From Planctomycetota bacterium (GTDB lineage Bacteria; Planctomycetota; MHYJ01; WSZJ01): DNA of 64,000 nt. Of this stretch, positions 63,283 to 64,000 are shown in pieces. The position numbers and the translations under genes were made by a program. Location: the NCBI GenBank assembly GCA_009773755.1, contig WSZJ01000004.1, positions 44,475 to 108,474 on the forward strand, in the 5' to 3' direction. A model generated the notes under the pieces. That model did not search any database. It had not been told where the DNA came from and saw only the letters and a program-made list of their open reading frames with translations. How positions within the stretch are numbered: position 1 is the stretch's first letter; every line of letters starts with the position of its first letter.

Positions 63283-64000
63283 TCGCTCTCGACCTTCCAG
63301 CGCCGGAAACGCACGGAGCTGTCGTAATTCCCGAATCCCCAGCGCCCGTCGAGCCGGACGTCTTCGTCGGCGACCTCGTGCTCGAGCACGGCCTTGCCGT
63401 CCACGAAGGCGCGTACCGTGCGCCCTTCAATTTCGATTCTCACCGGCTTCCACGTTTCGGCGGGGACCGCGACCGGCGCGCTCTGCGAAAACGCAACCCG
63501 CTCCCAGCGGTCTTCTTTCAGCACCAGCAGGGCGGTCATCCCGCTTTTCATGAAGGCGATTTTCACCATGTTGCGCGCGCGGTCGTCCCACGCGCCGATC
63601 ACGACGTCGGCCTGCGCATTGGCGAGATCCTGGATCCAGACCTCCGCGTCGATCGCAGCATCCCCCTTCAGCTCCTGCTCGTTCAGGATTGCCGAGCCGG
63701 TTTTCATGTACGCGGTTCCCTCCAGTTCCCCGGCGTCAAGCCGCCAGTCGCCGTACTTCATTTCCCACGGGCCGCTCGCGAGGCCGTCGATCCAGTCCGT
63801 CCATTCCTTCTGCACGTCGCGCGGCGAGCCGACACGCTTCCTGAAAAACGTCCGGCCGCGCGCCGCGGCTTCTTCGCGATCCGTGACGCCCGAAAAATCG
63901 TGCACGAGATCGGTCCACGCTTCCGGCCTGGCCTCGACAAGCCACTTCACCAGCGCCCACGACTCCCGGTAATAAAGGTCCCGAAGGAACGCGTCCGGCT
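63279..64000 (-). CDS. Protein with C-terminal DUF1080/LamG-like (concanavalin-type) domain, partial (5' end outside window)
   Basis: The frame remains open upstream of the GTG at 63950 to the window edge (..PDAFLRDLYYRESWALVKWLVEARPEAW..). The C-terminal ~150 aa (..WEMKYGDWRLDAGELEG..VRIEIEGRTVRAFVDGKAVLEH..GFGNYDSSVRFRRWKVE) resemble DUF1080. Confidence 0.65.
   Translation of the reverse strand, partial: PDAFLRDLYYRESWALVKWLVEARPEAWTDLVHDFSGVTDREEAAARGRTFFRKRVGSPRDVQKEWTDWIDGLASGPWEMKYGDWRLDAGELEGTAYMKTGSAILNEQELKGDAAIDAEVWIQDLANAQADVVIGAWDDRARNMVKIAFMKSGMTALLVLKEDRWERVAFSQSAPVAVPAETWKPVRIEIEGRTVRAFVDGKAVLEHEVADEDVRLDGRWGFGNYDSSVRFRRWKVESE

Overview
Visibly GC-rich bacterial chromosomal segment (GC not computed). 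I found no rRNA, tRNA, CRISPR array, transposase or integrase. Gene content resembles PVC-type genomes (Planctomycetota/Verrucomicrobiota-like): a DUF1800/DUF1501 pair, several Ser/Thr kinases, ECF-type sigma factors, class III cyclase-STAND proteins, and secreted polysaccharide lyases and hydrolases. I support about 47 CDS. Housekeeping anchors are beta-carbonic anhydrase, rlmN, eno, pyk, hrpB and rsgA. Many long ORFs in the track are GC-driven shadow frames and were rejected. Many neighbouring genes share ATGA/GTGA start-stop overlaps, which defines tight operons. Main observations, all by eye and needing database or structure checks: (1) An overlapping four-gene cassette at 4908-10304: adenylate cyclase-STAND-TPR sensor, a Vps4-like MIT+AAA ATPase, and two paralogous multi-TM proteins, with no ESCRT-III-like partner visible. 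(2) A thioredoxin-fold secreted protein at 58439-59401 whose only interruption is an in-frame TGA at the position of the redox Cys, followed by a SECIS-like hairpin, so it is a candidate selenoprotein. (3) A family of long intergenic palindromes whose arms are short tandem repeats. The largest is a ~350-bp element of 9-10-mer GCGGAGGCT units directly upstream of rlmN. (4) A cNMP signalling cluster: a Ser/Thr kinase with a cNMP-binding domain lies divergent from a tandem-cyclase STAND ATPase that lacks its C-terminal part, and a nearby TPR protein begins where that STAND protein stops. (5) An ECF sigma factor fused to a TM segment and a PDZ domain. (6) Recoding or assembly anomalies: a kinase frameshifted at a G6 run, and a lipoprotein gene with no stop codon before the next gene.
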